Shown here: in pieces, positions 1 through 13,100 of the stretch | Numbering within the stretch: position 1 is the first letter of the stretch | How the letters are laid out: every line of letters begins with the position of its first letter | Origin: Acanthaster planci | Taxonomy: Eukaryota | Direction of reading: 5' to 3' | DNA: 64,000 nt | Assembly: GCF_001949145.1 (NCBI RefSeq) | Contig: NW_019091361.1 | Coordinates: 1,039,452 to 1,103,451, forward strand | Notes under the pieces: model-generated | What the model saw: the letters and a program-made list of their open reading frames with translations, nothing else | Databases searched by the model: none | Told to the model about the DNA's origin: nothing | Translations under genes and position numbers: made by a program

Positions 1-2969
1 CTACCAGTGGGACCATCAGCCTGAGGTTAAGGCCATCAGGGAGCATCTGGAGAAAGCTGGGTTCAGCTGCTGGCTGGACATTGGTCAGATGGGAGGAGGA
101 GATAGTCTTTTTGCTAAGATCAACGAGGGCATGAGGGCAGCCAAGGTGGTGTTGTGCATGTGCACCGAGAAGTACTCAAAGTCGGAGAATTGCAATAAGG
201 AGGTATGAGCGCGTCTTCAGTTGGATAGGCTCGTTCTTGGGCACAATATGGGCATATGAAGTGCCTCATTTGAGAAACATTGGGCGGTACTTTGTTTCCA
301 GATGTTGGTCGTTTAATTAAGTAAACCACTTGTTCACTTTTTGTACAGCTCTTCTAATAATTATGCACTTCTTGACCAGATGTTGCACTGTTTGCACAAG
401 TATTTGGGACCTAAATGGCCATCATTTTGCAGAGTGTATTTAAGATCCAGGGGTGCCTTCTTGAATAAAATGTGTTTTTCTACCGTAAACAGGTGAACCT
501 GGCCAACCTGCTGAACAAGCCCATCATACCCGTTCTGATTGAGAAGATAGCCTGGCCTCCAGCCGGCTCCATGAGCATGCTGTTCGCTCAGCTACTGTAC
601 ATTCAGTTCTTCACAGACAAGGAATATGTGAGAGGAGACAAATTCTGGGAGGATGCCAAGTTTGCCGAGCTCTTGGGACAGATCAGTTATCATGTTGCTC
701 CCGACGAGGAGATGATTACTGATGGTAAAATGACATTCACGTTTACTTCCATTCAGAATACCAATTTGGTCATCTTAAATGTTACTTTACAAAACAGATC
801 AAACTATTTCAAATCACAATCTAACGCTAAATTTTCACACATTAGTTTCAGTATACCACGAGTTTCCAATTTAGAGACTGAAATATTACTGCAAATCTTG
901 TACAATCTCGGGAAATATTCAAACGTTCGACTGACCAAATTTAGCCCTAAGATCACGCCATCTATACAGTTATGTTATTACCAAACACATCCATTGATTC
1001 TGATGGATTTTTACAGAACATGTACTTATGGGGATAACGTTTTTGCCTTCGATGAACAACTGAAAAAATTCTTCTGAATAATGGTAACACTTAGAATGAT
1101 GGGGAGGTTCTGATAATCACAAGGGACATTGAATTGTCATTTCAGAGTACCGCAACTGGGCACCTCAGATTGATGATCTACCAAAGGTTGTGAAGAAAGC
1201 AGACGAGAAGAAGCCGACTGGCGCCGCAGCAAAGGAAGAAAAATCAACAGAAGAGGTACATAGGCAAAGTAGAATGAGACATGCAGGGTGAGCGCGCTGC
1301 TCAGAGGCTTTGCAACAAATAGTCCCCCTTGCTCTATCCTCACGATGAAAGAATAGAAGTTGGAAACGCAAGGAAACCGATAAACTGAACAGCAACCAAT
1401 GAACCGTCCGCATGATGGAAAGTGTTGTATATGTGACATGGAATGGCAACTTACACTGAGGTATAGGCAAAAAGACCATCAAAAAATATTTATACAGCTG
1501 ATGGGACCACTGTCCTTCACATCCTTCAACTTTTCTTAAAATTCAGTTGTAGATGACTTATGAGAGAAGTTACCATAATAACCTGTATTTATAAGTATAA
1601 ACCTCGTCTTGCTAAAAGAAAAATTTCCATTGAAATGCTACACAAATAGTGGAAGTGCATCGGACAACTCGATCTCGTATTTGTGTTGTTACGTATTTGA
1701 AAGTTTCTCTTTGCTCTGCAGTTTGACAATTTTTTCAGGGTGGTTATCCTTTCCTAAACAGGGAGACGAGATCATCCCTCAGGTGTTTATTTCATACCAA
1801 TGGGACAAGCAGACGGAGATAAAGGCCTTGTACTCTAGACTGACATCGCTGGGATTTAGCTGCTGGTTGGATATAATGCAGATGGGTGGTGGTGATCCAC
1901 TGTACTCCAAAATAGACAAGGGAATTAGAAATGCCAAGGTGGGTATTGACTTGTCAAAGACAGGATCTGTAAAAATGCTCTTCCTCAAATGCGGAAGAGG
2001 AGAAATATATTTAATTACTTTTCTCAGAGTGATTTCACTTTTTTCTTCTCAAAGGTCGTGGTCTCCAGTGTGACACCAAAGTACGCGCTGTCTGCCAACT
2101 GTCGCCGCGAAGTGAGTCTTTCTGACGCTCTTGCTAAACCAATCATCCCGCTCCTCATGCAAAAGATGACGTGGCCTCCAGAGGGCCCCATGAGCATGCC
2201 CTTTGCCCAGCTTCTCTACATTGACTGCACTGCCCCGTCTACCCAGACAGAGTTCCGCGATGCCAAATTTGACGAGCTGGTGCAGAAGATCAAAGCCTAT
2301 GCTACCGTGGAGGACGCGGTAGTTCAGAAAGTATCAGCATCCCAAGACGAAACCAAACAACCTGTAAACGAACAGGATGTGAAACAAACGGAATTAGATA
2401 CGAGTTCGAGTCCCCCACCAGCTGAAGAGAACAAACCACTGAGAGCAGATGATCAAGATAAGCTCGCACAGACACCAAAGGATGGAGACAAACGGGAAAG
2501 TGAACCCGACTTACCCGAAAAGGCACAGGAGGTGAAAGAGACGGAAGCAAAGACGAGTCCAAGCCCACCACTAGCTGAAGAGAACAAACCACCGACAGCA
2601 GATGATCAAGATAAGCTCGCACAGACACCAAAGGATGGAGACAAACGGGAAAGTGAACCCGACTTACCCGAAAAGGCACAGGAGGTGAAAGAGACGGAAA
2701 CAAAGACGAGTCCAAGCCCACCACTAGCTGAAGAGAACAAACCACCGAGAGCAGATGATCAAGAAAAGCTCGCACAGACACCAAAGGATGGAGACAAAGA
2801 GAAAATTCAAAGGCCAAAGGAAGACCCAGGAAGGCCGAAATCAGAGACAGGGCCGAAGCATGCCGAGATTATTCAGCAGGATAGGAGCGCCTCTGCCCCC
2901 AAAGAGAGGGCAAAACCAGAATCGCCCCCAAAGAAGAAAAAGAAATCATCCGTGTGTGCGATACTTTAG
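1..2969 (+). CDS. 3' portion of a multi-exon gene encoding two tandem TIR (TIR_2-type) domains, a repetitive linker and a polybasic CaaX tail; the 5' end lies upstream of the window
   Basis: Exons <1-202, 493-724, 1146-1255, 1762-1938 and 2055-2969 have GT-AG boundaries and consistent phases. TIR1: [93 protein letters not shown]2: [87 protein letters not shown]. The protein ends [14 protein letters not shown]. Confidence 0.9.
2400..2797 (+). repeat. Coding tandem repeat, 153-bp (51-aa) unit, about 2.6 copies
   Basis: GCTGAAGAGAACAAACC recurs at 2421, 2574 and 2727 (period 153). The unit [51 protein letters not shown] is nearly identical between copies. Confidence 0.95.
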
Positions 2970-5956
2970 ACGTGAAAGTACAAGGACACTTGTACATAGG
3001 TTACACTGCAAAAACTTGTTTAAAAAATCGCAGGACTGCCCCGAGTGGAGTTTGCTAATTTGGCTCGGCGCAGGGCACTGCCTAGCCCACTGCCCAAAGA
3101 GTTTTCATGTCATGTTCCCGGTGTGCGAACAACTACGACGCTGTACTAGGATACACATCCACCTATGGAGAATTTAGATGAGCAGTGGCAGACGATAGCG
3201 ATCATTAGAATGGGTATATCACGCTGGGTATATAATATTCGTTGTTTGTGCAGCACGTTAATTAAGAATAGCAACAGGGTGGTCAATTATGGTATCAGCC
3301 AAACAAGAACTAGCAAGACCACAATCTTATTCGGTGTGCAGATTTCATAGCAAGTGGTTTTAGGTCGGGTGATCAGCAGCAACTGGTTCAGGATAAGTTC
3401 AAGGTAGAAAACACTGCACCCGACGGCAGCGTTCAGGACAACAGCAGATGCACTACAGACCCAAACTTCGACCGGTAACCCTTCCCTGTCCAACAATGCT
3501 ACGGCATGCCACAAATGACCAGGCATGACAGGAGGTGTCAAGATAGGTGAAAACTTTCCGGAACAGAGGCCCATTTTCCTGTGATGTACCATAATAAAAA
3601 TCTTCTCAGGGTATTTTGAATCCTTAATGACAACACCTGATTAAGCTGAATATTTGGATTGTAACAGACGTTCTATACACCTCAAAATAGACTCTGTCCA
3701 TCCCAACAGCACGTCGAGTTCTATTTTTTTTAGTAGCGATGGCTACCTGTAAATAGCATAAATTTGTCAGGGGCTGTTAGTGCAAGGAACCAGTGTATAC
3801 AAGCAGTTGTCGCAAAAAAGTGGTTGATCATGCACACTTGGCCAGGCTTGTCAGAGTAGGTTTTAGCAAGTGTACACAGATGTACAACTCTTTAAGTTTG
3901 TGAACCTTTTCACCCACTATACAATTTTAATAGAAATCATTTATTAAGATAGTTAAGAGTGAATTTCTCTGATAGTGTTATTATTTACACCTTCAGACTT
4001 TATATCTTTCAGATGTTTGAACAGAAGTGTTCAAATGTAATGTTCACAGTTTACTTTCAGCAAGAGTTATGAATTTAGTGTGTTTTAGACGAAGCGACGT
4101 CGCCGGCTCAAAATCTATGTACAGCCTAAATTAGGCCCTATATTAAAAAATAAAATGTGTAGTTCTTCGAGTTATCGTTAATACTTTAACAAATCATGGG
4201 GGGGGGTACAACAGATTAGTCTTTTTTTGAAAAGACTTTTGAAATTTGGTTCATTCCAGGCGTCTACAAGTTTCTGCACCAAAGCTGAAAACCTGTCGAG
4301 GCTGTTCTTTATATGACATGGTCTTTTTGAAGTACCATTCAACAAAACAGAAACCTAGTCCCCGTATAAAACTGCGAAAAAAATGAAGAAACATAATTTG
4401 GACGTCAGTATTTACCTTTGTTGTAAAACCTTGAACCCTTTTATCTATGAAGCACTGTGTAAAGTTGAAATACGCCTACCATAGGGAAAGTGTCTGATAT
4501 CTGTGTAACATGCCAAGTGTGTCTCTCCGACCTATTAACATAGAAATTGTGTTTCGTCATACTTAAGCTATAGTCACCTCAAATTAGCTGTTTTGTGTTT
4601 ACTGAAAACATAATGCATTCAAAAAACAAATATGATAGTACCACATTCATATGATATTTAGACTGCGAAAATGCCTCATCATCATCAGGTCCAAGGTACA
4701 TTATGCAAATGACGTTGACCTTGTCAACCCTGGATATAGGATTGTTTATCTACGTTAATATGACAGTTGCTATAAAATTAGATTAATTGACACCCGCACG
4801 CAAACCGTGTAACGTTAACTCAAATGACGACAACCGATACGATTGGGAGAGTCTTACTGCACTTTGGTCCTTTGGCCAACGTGACAAGCCGTCAACCAAC
4901 GAACATCATTATAGATTTGCCCCCCCCCATGTACCATTTCATCATCATACGCCTTACAATGAAATGCCGACAGCTCACTAAAGTCATGAGACAGTTTCAA
5001 GCTGATATAAATTTTGTAACAGGTGCGTTTCGAACAGAGTTTTGGTGAACTTCACACGTTGTACTAGGCTGAAGCGGTTTTTCGGTTCACTTGACGTTGC
5101 ATGTAACCTATGCACTCATTATGGCGTACTATACTAATGAAAGACCACCAGGCAGACTAATTTAAAGTGCTTGGCGAACCACACGAAATCGCATCACAGT
5201 AACCAAGAAGCACTTGCATACAACCAACGGTTCAATTTTGAAGACGGGGTAAAACTAATTAAAAACCGAAAAATAACATGATCTTTAAATCACGAACGGA
5301 GCAAAATATACAGTGCAGTGCAGCCAGAGCTGCGCAGCCACTAAAGGGCGCCCTCTAAATATAGGGCTAAACATGTAGAGGCTTGAGGATGACTTGCAAT
5401 GCTAATGAAAATGTACAAAAGGCAGAAACCTAAGAGTAAAATTGAGCCTGTGGAGAATAGCGAACACCATTTAAGGCAATCAAGGTAGGACTTCACGAAA
5501 ATCAGTGGAACAACGAAGGAGAAAGGAGGTGAAAAAACGCCTAATAAGTAATATGTCATGACAGATACCAGGACATCATGACACATGTTAAAATGAGTAT
5601 GGAATTTAAATGTCGAATTGCTTGCAATAATTTGATTGGACGGTCAGTAAAAGTAAAGATTGAAGATGGTACAGACTGTCATTTTAAGTGAGTGAATAGG
5701 CTATTAAAACAGTTACCAATTAAAGACCAATTAAGGACACAAAAGGAGTACACGCTAACATTATCCAATATTTATATCTTGATTTATAAAAACGGAAGTT
5801 GAACACAAAAGCATTAATATCAGTTGCATTCCATTTTTTTAAACTTCTCGAAAACTCATTGATGTAGAACATGAGCTGCCAGAATCGATAGACCAACTGA
5901 AGCGTGTAAATTTGGAAGAGGGGTGATTAAACATCCCAGTAACTTTCCTTTGCCAG

Positions 5957-6310
5957 GATGAGGAAACGCTACAAGTTTAATCCCAGTCAGAATTCATACG
6001 ACTCTTCCGACGTTGCATGCACCCGTTATCTCTCAGACTATCACCAATGCTCCAAAGTGGTCCCGTGATATCTCCAAACTCCTGAATGTCGAGCATGAGC
6101 ATGACTGGCGCTACCTGGCCATCCGTCTGGGCTTCACCGGCGAGGATGTCCGTAATTGGGCACTGTCTCCGGACCCGACTATGGCTATCTTGGCAGAGTG
6201 GTACACAATCCATAAGAGCAGCGAGGCGACCTACGCCGTGCTGACGGCGCTGCAGGATATGGGTAGAGATGACGCAGCAACCATCGTGGAGGAAGCTTTG
6301 AAAGCTGCTG
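5957..6310 (+). other. Isolated death-domain-encoding exon (possible pseudo-exon or exon of an unresolved gene)
   Basis: It reads WSRDISKLLNVEHEHDWRYLAIRLGFTGEDVRNWALSPDPTMAILAEWYTIHKSSEATYAVLTALQDMGRDDAATIVEEAL, matching the death-domain pattern DWxxLAxxLG...LLxxW...TxxxLxxALxxMGRxD. A strong donor follows (G|GTGAGT after 6310). The acceptor TTTCCTTTGCCAG ends at 5956 and is followed by an in-frame TGA at 5959-5961. Confidence 0.75.
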
Positions 6311-9300
6311 GTGAGTTACACCTGATTTTAACAACGAAGTTGGAAGCATTCGGCGGTTAATACTGGCTACAGCAGCGTAACCGCGGATGCAAAGTAGGAT
6401 CATATTGCAATGGGTTGGAGATAAAAGTAATTCAATCTGGCAACCAGCAAACGTAACACCTCACGTGACAGAGAGGGTCTTATGAACAAATGGCAGTGCA
6501 GTCGGATCTTCTTTTTCGATAATGACAACAAAATCTCGTTGGGATAAGGGTGAATTCACTACATTTTTTTGCAATGGAGTGGTTTTCAAGCTATACGTCA
6601 AGCCCGGCATTTCAATGTCTCCCTAATGCTCCAATTACCAGAAGGAGGAAAAATTTTACCGTCCAAATTTTGAGAGATGATAGATTAGGGTCTGAAAGGA
6701 AAACATGCAAAGTTTGGATAAGATCGGATTAGGGAATATTGAATTATGGGACGGTAAAGTTTGAAAAATTTTGTGCACGTTCCTATGGGAATGTCTCCCA
6801 AGTGACCCATTTTCGGTAATTATTATTTATTTATATCAATCTTAATCACTCTTAAATTATGTTTAAATTAAAATTGTAACTTTATTACTAATGGAGGCAC
6901 TATTGATAATGTTACCGATTTATAGGCAAGAATAATGCAAACCTACTGCATCAAGATTTAACCCAAATTGACCGATTTTTACAACGTGTTCTTATGTTCG
7001 CTTTAACGCTTCTTCTTTAAAATTTGTGTTTGTTTGTAGGTTTTGTTTCTTAGGTTGAGGTTTTATGCTGTCCTCTGCTGTTTGCTGAGGTATAATAATG
7101 TCATTAGTACATAAAAGTGGGGTATCCATCGAGCATGGATTTCAAAACCTTTCAAAATGATATTATTACCTTTCGGCGGAGGTTTCTAGGGTGGACAAAA
7201 ACAGTGTCGCTCTCGAACAAAACTACCCTGGCCTCAAAACCACACCAGTCCATTTCTAATCAGTTCACACTTGTAATCATTGTGGTACTCATTTTCCCTG
7301 TGTGATTTGGTTTAAGAAGCATTTGCTTCAGTAAGTAAAGTCAAGTCTCATTTACATTCTGGAAAAATCTTGATATAGGTGGGGGCGTCAAATTAGTTCA
7401 AATAATCAACAAAGCAAACTAAATTCAGTCTTGCCTTAGCAAAACTATATGTTTGCTGTGGAACACCAACTGTCGTTGCTGCTTAACGTGTGGGTTCAGC
7501 AGCCCATGACGCTGACAGGAAAATGTTCATCCTATTTTCTAAGATTCGCGTGTTTGGTTCATTCACTCCGTTACCAAAAATTACCAATTACGAGTCAACC
7601 TCTCACGGTTCGGTGATTAGGACTGCTCATCAGAAAAAATACTTGTTGAAATGGAAAAATTAATAAATGTGTCAGTGTTTTGATTCTTACAGAGGTTATA
7701 TGACTGTACAAGATTAGAAGCTTCGCGCAAAATTTTTCAGCTAATACATGTACATGCAATTTCTTCACGGGGAAGAATTCTATGTGAACGCATATTCAGA
7801 TCAACCTCCGGTTAACTAATTTGGATGTAACCAAATTAACCGATTTGGATGTAAACCATGCGATTACATAATTCAGTCATGCAATTTAAAACCCGGGCCA
7901 TAAGTTAACAGCACTCTTTTGAATTCGGTATATTGCCTAAGCGGGCGAATTCGTTGTGAATTACTGTACACGCAAAGAAATTCAGTTCAGCTGTTGTCTG
8001 TTTATTGCTCAGAAAAACTGCCTCTTTGTTTCCAATGCGAAGGTTGGAACTTTATTTTCCAAGGTTTGGCCTCTGCTCTGGATACCATGCTAACTGATTT
8101 CTAGATTCAAGCATTACAGGCCAACACGGCAGCGCATTTATATGAAAATAGTGCGCCTCAAATCGAAGGTTTTAGAGGCAATTTCTCAGGCTACCTTGAA
8201 CTTGCAGGCGATCATGAATGACATAAACAAATCAAACCGCCAGATCTATCTCGTTGAGGGGAAAACCTGTGGCCACAAACTCACAAATTAATGCAGGCAG
8301 GCACAGGAACCCAAAATTAATATCAGTGATTATTAAGAGCCACCCTTTGACCTGAAAAAGATAGGCAGATATATGAAGCATTAACAGGGGTCATTTGAAA
8401 TAAAACGTCAGTAACATACACATGTACATACTTTGAGCAACGTTAAAACTCAAACCAGAGATGAAAAAGGAAGAAAAACAACCAAATTTTACATTTTGCT
8501 TTCATTTCCAATTTCATTTACATAAAACAGCTGGAATTACAAAGTCGACGGTAAAAAAGCCTTCACCAACTGACTGTTAAATTGAACGATCACATCACAC
8601 GAATGCAATAACTTCAACTTAGGATGTCCTGTCTGAAAACTTGAAGACAGAAACCTAATTCAATGTCAAAACTTACATGAACCACGGGAAAAGAAGCATG
8701 AAGCCAATTGACTGCAATGCGGCCAAATGAACGCAAATTTGAATGCTGTTTTTAACGAATGCTGACCGGAAGTCTTACCTTTACAAACACAGTAACTGAG
8801 ATGCATAACAAAACGTATGAAAAAAGTCAAGAAAAAGAAAACGTTCCAACAGTGACACAAAATGACAAAAAGGATGCAAAATGACAAAATTAAATTATTC
8901 TGAGCAATATTAAACGACGCACTCTTAAAAAACGAAAGCGATTACCAAAGATTGAATAAATAAATAATTCATTAAAGGCCAATTTATCAAGAATAAATAA
9001 AAACCAATTATATATTAAGTGTCTTTGTCCACACACTGTGAAACGATGTTTACAAACGTTGAAATGAGCATTTATGCTACTTTTTTCGTTTTGCTTCCCG
9101 CCCCGTTGACTAAATGGCATGGCTAAAATGAAGCCTCTTATGTTAGAAAGCTGTGAAGTCAATACTCCTCCAAATTAAACTATTTCGTATGCCTCTACTG
9201 TGTGGAATTTTAAAGTTAACTTTCTCAATCGATCGATTTGCAAACTGTCCTTGGCAGGTTCATGCTCTGTCAACATAATTTCATCCTTGGTTTTTGGAAT

Positions 9301-10174
9301 GTTTTGGTGGTTCTTTCTTTATATTAATATTGTTTGCTTCTTTGTTCTGTAACTGTGTGCATGGGTTTCCTCAAATTTACAGCGGTGTTTCAGGATACTG
9401 TAATTTATTAAAGCCTGATCCCTTACATTTCTAAAAACCATCTAATGTATAAAAAAAAGTGATCCAGTGGGCTGCTGTAATAAAAGCATAAATTCGTCAT
9501 CACCTCCAGGAACTCCCTCTGAGAAAGAGAGCGTGGTGTGTATTTGCATAAGAAAGCCTGTCGCCCACAATAAGAACAACACCAAGGTCACCCAACACAT
9601 GACGTGCTATGCAAGGTGTACAGACGGTACGGGCGTGGTGTGTGTATGAACCGTATTGCCTACCTGTGGGCTAGGATCGATGGAGTTGCATGGAGGCACT
9701 CAGGCGTAACACTGGACCGAGTCAGCGTTTGTTCATTTAACCATTTTCATACCATCCGCCATGTTGTCGGTATTTTGAAAACAGTCGATGACAGCCGCAA
9801 TCCGAAAACGCACCGTGATATCTGTGGAAAATCGAATAGTCATCTTTCCTATAAACGATATTCACGTTCAATTATTTCTTTATAGAAGGGTCTTTCTGTC
9901 ACAACCGTCGGTTACGTGATTTTTGGTTTGTTCGCATGCTGGGAGCACCCTTTGGACATCGCGTTAATACATTTCCAGATTACCAAGAATATCGGGCTTG
10001 ATCTCAATACACAGAAGATCCGGTCACAGAGTCACAATGGACAGCCATTGAAGGAGATTCGACAAGTCGGTTTCTATCAAGAACCAACCCAGCGAGTGTC
10101 TGTCGTCCTTAAACAAAGGCAACAGGTAGCGTTTGTCTCCAGCTGTTTGGGATAACGCAGCGTGAATTTATAGC

Positions 10175-13100
10175 ATGGCGAACACGGACATCAATGGCTC
10201 CGACGGAGGGTCAGTAGGAGATGGGTCCCAAGCGCCTGCTCCTAGTGGTAGTCAGGCGGGGAGGAGGTACCGAAAAAGAGACCAGAAACGCAGCAGCACA
10301 CAGTCCGGGGACTCGTCATCAAACACGGTAGGCAAAGCTCGTTGCTGACTCGCTTATGATAACTGTCTCTGATGATGGAACAAAAGCACAGAACAACCTA
10401 TGAGCATTTCTGAGCCGTTTCCCTTACGCGTCATTATGTCGGCATGCACGTGCGCAATACTTTTTCTAATTCCTGAAATAATGTGATTAAATTTTTTGTC
10501 AGGGTACTTATGTAAATTTAATATTTCTGAACTTTTCCATGTACTTATATTTTGCAGCTAAACATCGAACATTTCTGGCTGTAAATAATTTTAGTTTAAG
10601 TCTAAATTGGATGGTACATGTAGTATTATACTTTCACAGTACATGTAAATGTACATGTGTGTTACAAGATAAATTTACAGCTTCAGCCGAATGACGAACA
10701 GTTAATAGCCATCACAGAAATCGATTTGGTGAATTTCGTTTCTAGGTGGGCTTGTGAACATTATGTGATATACATGTACCCATGCATTGTGAAAAGGGCA
10801 TCACTTTCTCCCACATATATAATTATCATAGGAAGAGTTCCATACCTGGACATCACTTGACACCCTGCGCACAAACCCTATGAGGCTGGTCTGAATTTTC
10901 TAAGTACGTGTACATGTTTTTTCGAAGTAAATAGTTCATTATTTCCCCCGCTAAATCCGCCATGTTATCACTCTCTGATACCTGATACACCCCTTTAGGA
11001 AAAATTAGCGAATATGGAATTCTTGCCCTTCAGACTTGTACCCGCAATGATCTTTGTTTCCACCAACGTGCAACATGTATATGTGTGTATAAAAAAATGA
11101 CAGTTCTGAAATTAACGGCGTTGTGTCACTCCGCATGGCATACGGATTACCATCGGGACTCGTCTCCTGTATTTCTGACTTCCCTTCACTTAATTCTCTT
11201 ATCCATGTGGATTGATATACAGTTAATTTTTTCCGAAACCGATCTGCACCTACAGACACTATATAAAAAAATAAAACTTCAAATATTGACTATACATTTA
11301 AATGATAAAGATTTTCTATTAAGCCTGGTAATCGTAGCTTCATGCTGACAATAATTATGCTAAACTTGGAAGTGGTTGCTGCGCAACGTGTTCCAACTGT
11401 AAACGATGATCCTACGTGCACGCACCTGGAAGCTATCATTCATAATATCCGGTCATATATATTTGTAAACAGACAGAACCAAAGAAGGATATTTCTTGGT
11501 GACAAGCGTCCCAAAAACAAGGATTGCATTGTTCTAGATGTACCGCAAACATCCTGTTGATGATTATTGTTTTAATATTCGTGTGTTACTGTGTTCTTCA
11601 AATAGAGCAATCATGTAAAACTATCATATACACTAGTATTGAAATCATCTCTGGTAGTATTACAGTAATATAATAATATCACATCAATTATAAGGTGCGT
11701 GGTATCTAGCACTAAGTAGCATTTCAAAGGTGCCATCTATAGGAGAAAAGGGAAGGATAACTTTTATTGTTGTCAGTTATTGAAAATATATCGTAGGCTG
11801 TAGCCTTGAAATGTGAACCTCGTCCATAGCAGTTCTTGTAGGGCTTACGTTTATACACATCAGTAGTAGGCCTACATACCACGCATACCAGGAGTGTGAG
11901 AAAATTTTCGTTGCTCGATGAACCGTTGTGATACCAAATAATATACAATAAAGTTAGTTCCGGGTGTACGTCTCGACAAAAGAACATTTCTAGCCCAATG
12001 TTGTACAGGCTGAACTCTCCCCATGAACTTGCAAAGAACTGGATTTGTTTTGCATAAAATAAAGTAGGGCCTACCGAAGGTAGACTTGGATTTGTAGCTG
12101 TTTACAGGGTCCAGTTTAGTGAACTTCGACAGTGCTGCTTCAAAATTCTATATCCACACTAAAAAAAAAAAAGAATAAAAAGAAACGTGGAAAATAACAT
12201 GTAACTCTGACCTCCTCGCTTGCCTTATTATGGTCGGCTTATCTAACTCTCTAAAGCCATGTTGCCTGTGGTGTTCTTCTAAAAATAAATCAAGTGCAAT
12301 TCGTACGGGGTTTGGGGGATTTTTGTTTTTAAGGAGGGGTTCTCAATGTGAGATAATCAAAATAAATAATTCATTGATTGCTGTTCATACCTCTTTGCTC
12401 TTTTCCAAATTTAAGGTGTGGGGGCACGGTACTGCACGGTGTGAGTGTGGTGTTCCGTCTGTTTTAGGCATCCCCTCTAGCCCAAATTTACGAGTCAGTT
12501 TGTAAATATCTGCTCAGACAATAGAGACAATGAACGCTCCGTCTCTCATCGGCTTCGATCTCCTATCAGACAGCAACTAAAGCTAAAGAGTCAGAACATG
12601 TCCAAAACAAGAAGCCCGGTGTGTGTGTAACAATCCCAGATATGATCTTTCGTTAACTTTGTAAATTCATAAACCAAGGTTTCCAGGACCTTTAAGCAGT
12701 GTCGTTATACAGAGCAAAAATTTTCTTTGGATTTTTTGGGTTCATTGGTCCCGCCTCCGAAGAATAATTGTCCAGCCATTCATCATGGCTGTGTGTGAAT
12801 AAATAACATATCATTAGAAAGAGGGGATCTGTGGCTTTAAAGTGCTACTAGGCACTCTCTCTCCCAAGAAACTCAAAAGAATTTTGGTTGCATTTTTATA
12901 CGCTCTGTCTGCACAGAAGATTCTGAAGACTAAGTCTCCCATGGCCGAAATTCGGTAGCGCAAATTTCATATAAAGTTCAAGTTCCATCAAGTCCCGGGA
13001 AATGATCTTAACCTCCCTCATTCTTGCAGAATCGTTACAAATTGTCCAGAGGATTTTTGCCAAAGAGCTGGTTAGAAGACCATTTTGACATCTTGATTAA

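Noticed and set aside
725..1077. C-terminal part of ORF 472-1077
   Set aside because: It is read-through into the intron after the donor at 724/725, is AT-rich and shows no domain similarity.
2302..2817. 171-aa minus-strand ORF with repeats
   Set aside because: It is the antisense shadow of the coding tandem repeat in the TIR gene.
5339..5360. CTCF-like motif CCACTAAAGGGCGCCCTCTA
   Set aside because: It is a single short match with a core mismatch and cannot be supported without a PWM scan or ChIP data.
5959..5961. In-frame TGA as possible selenocysteine or readthrough codon
   Set aside because: No SECIS or 3' UTR can be assigned and death-domain proteins are not known selenoproteins. A nonsense change or a different acceptor is simpler.
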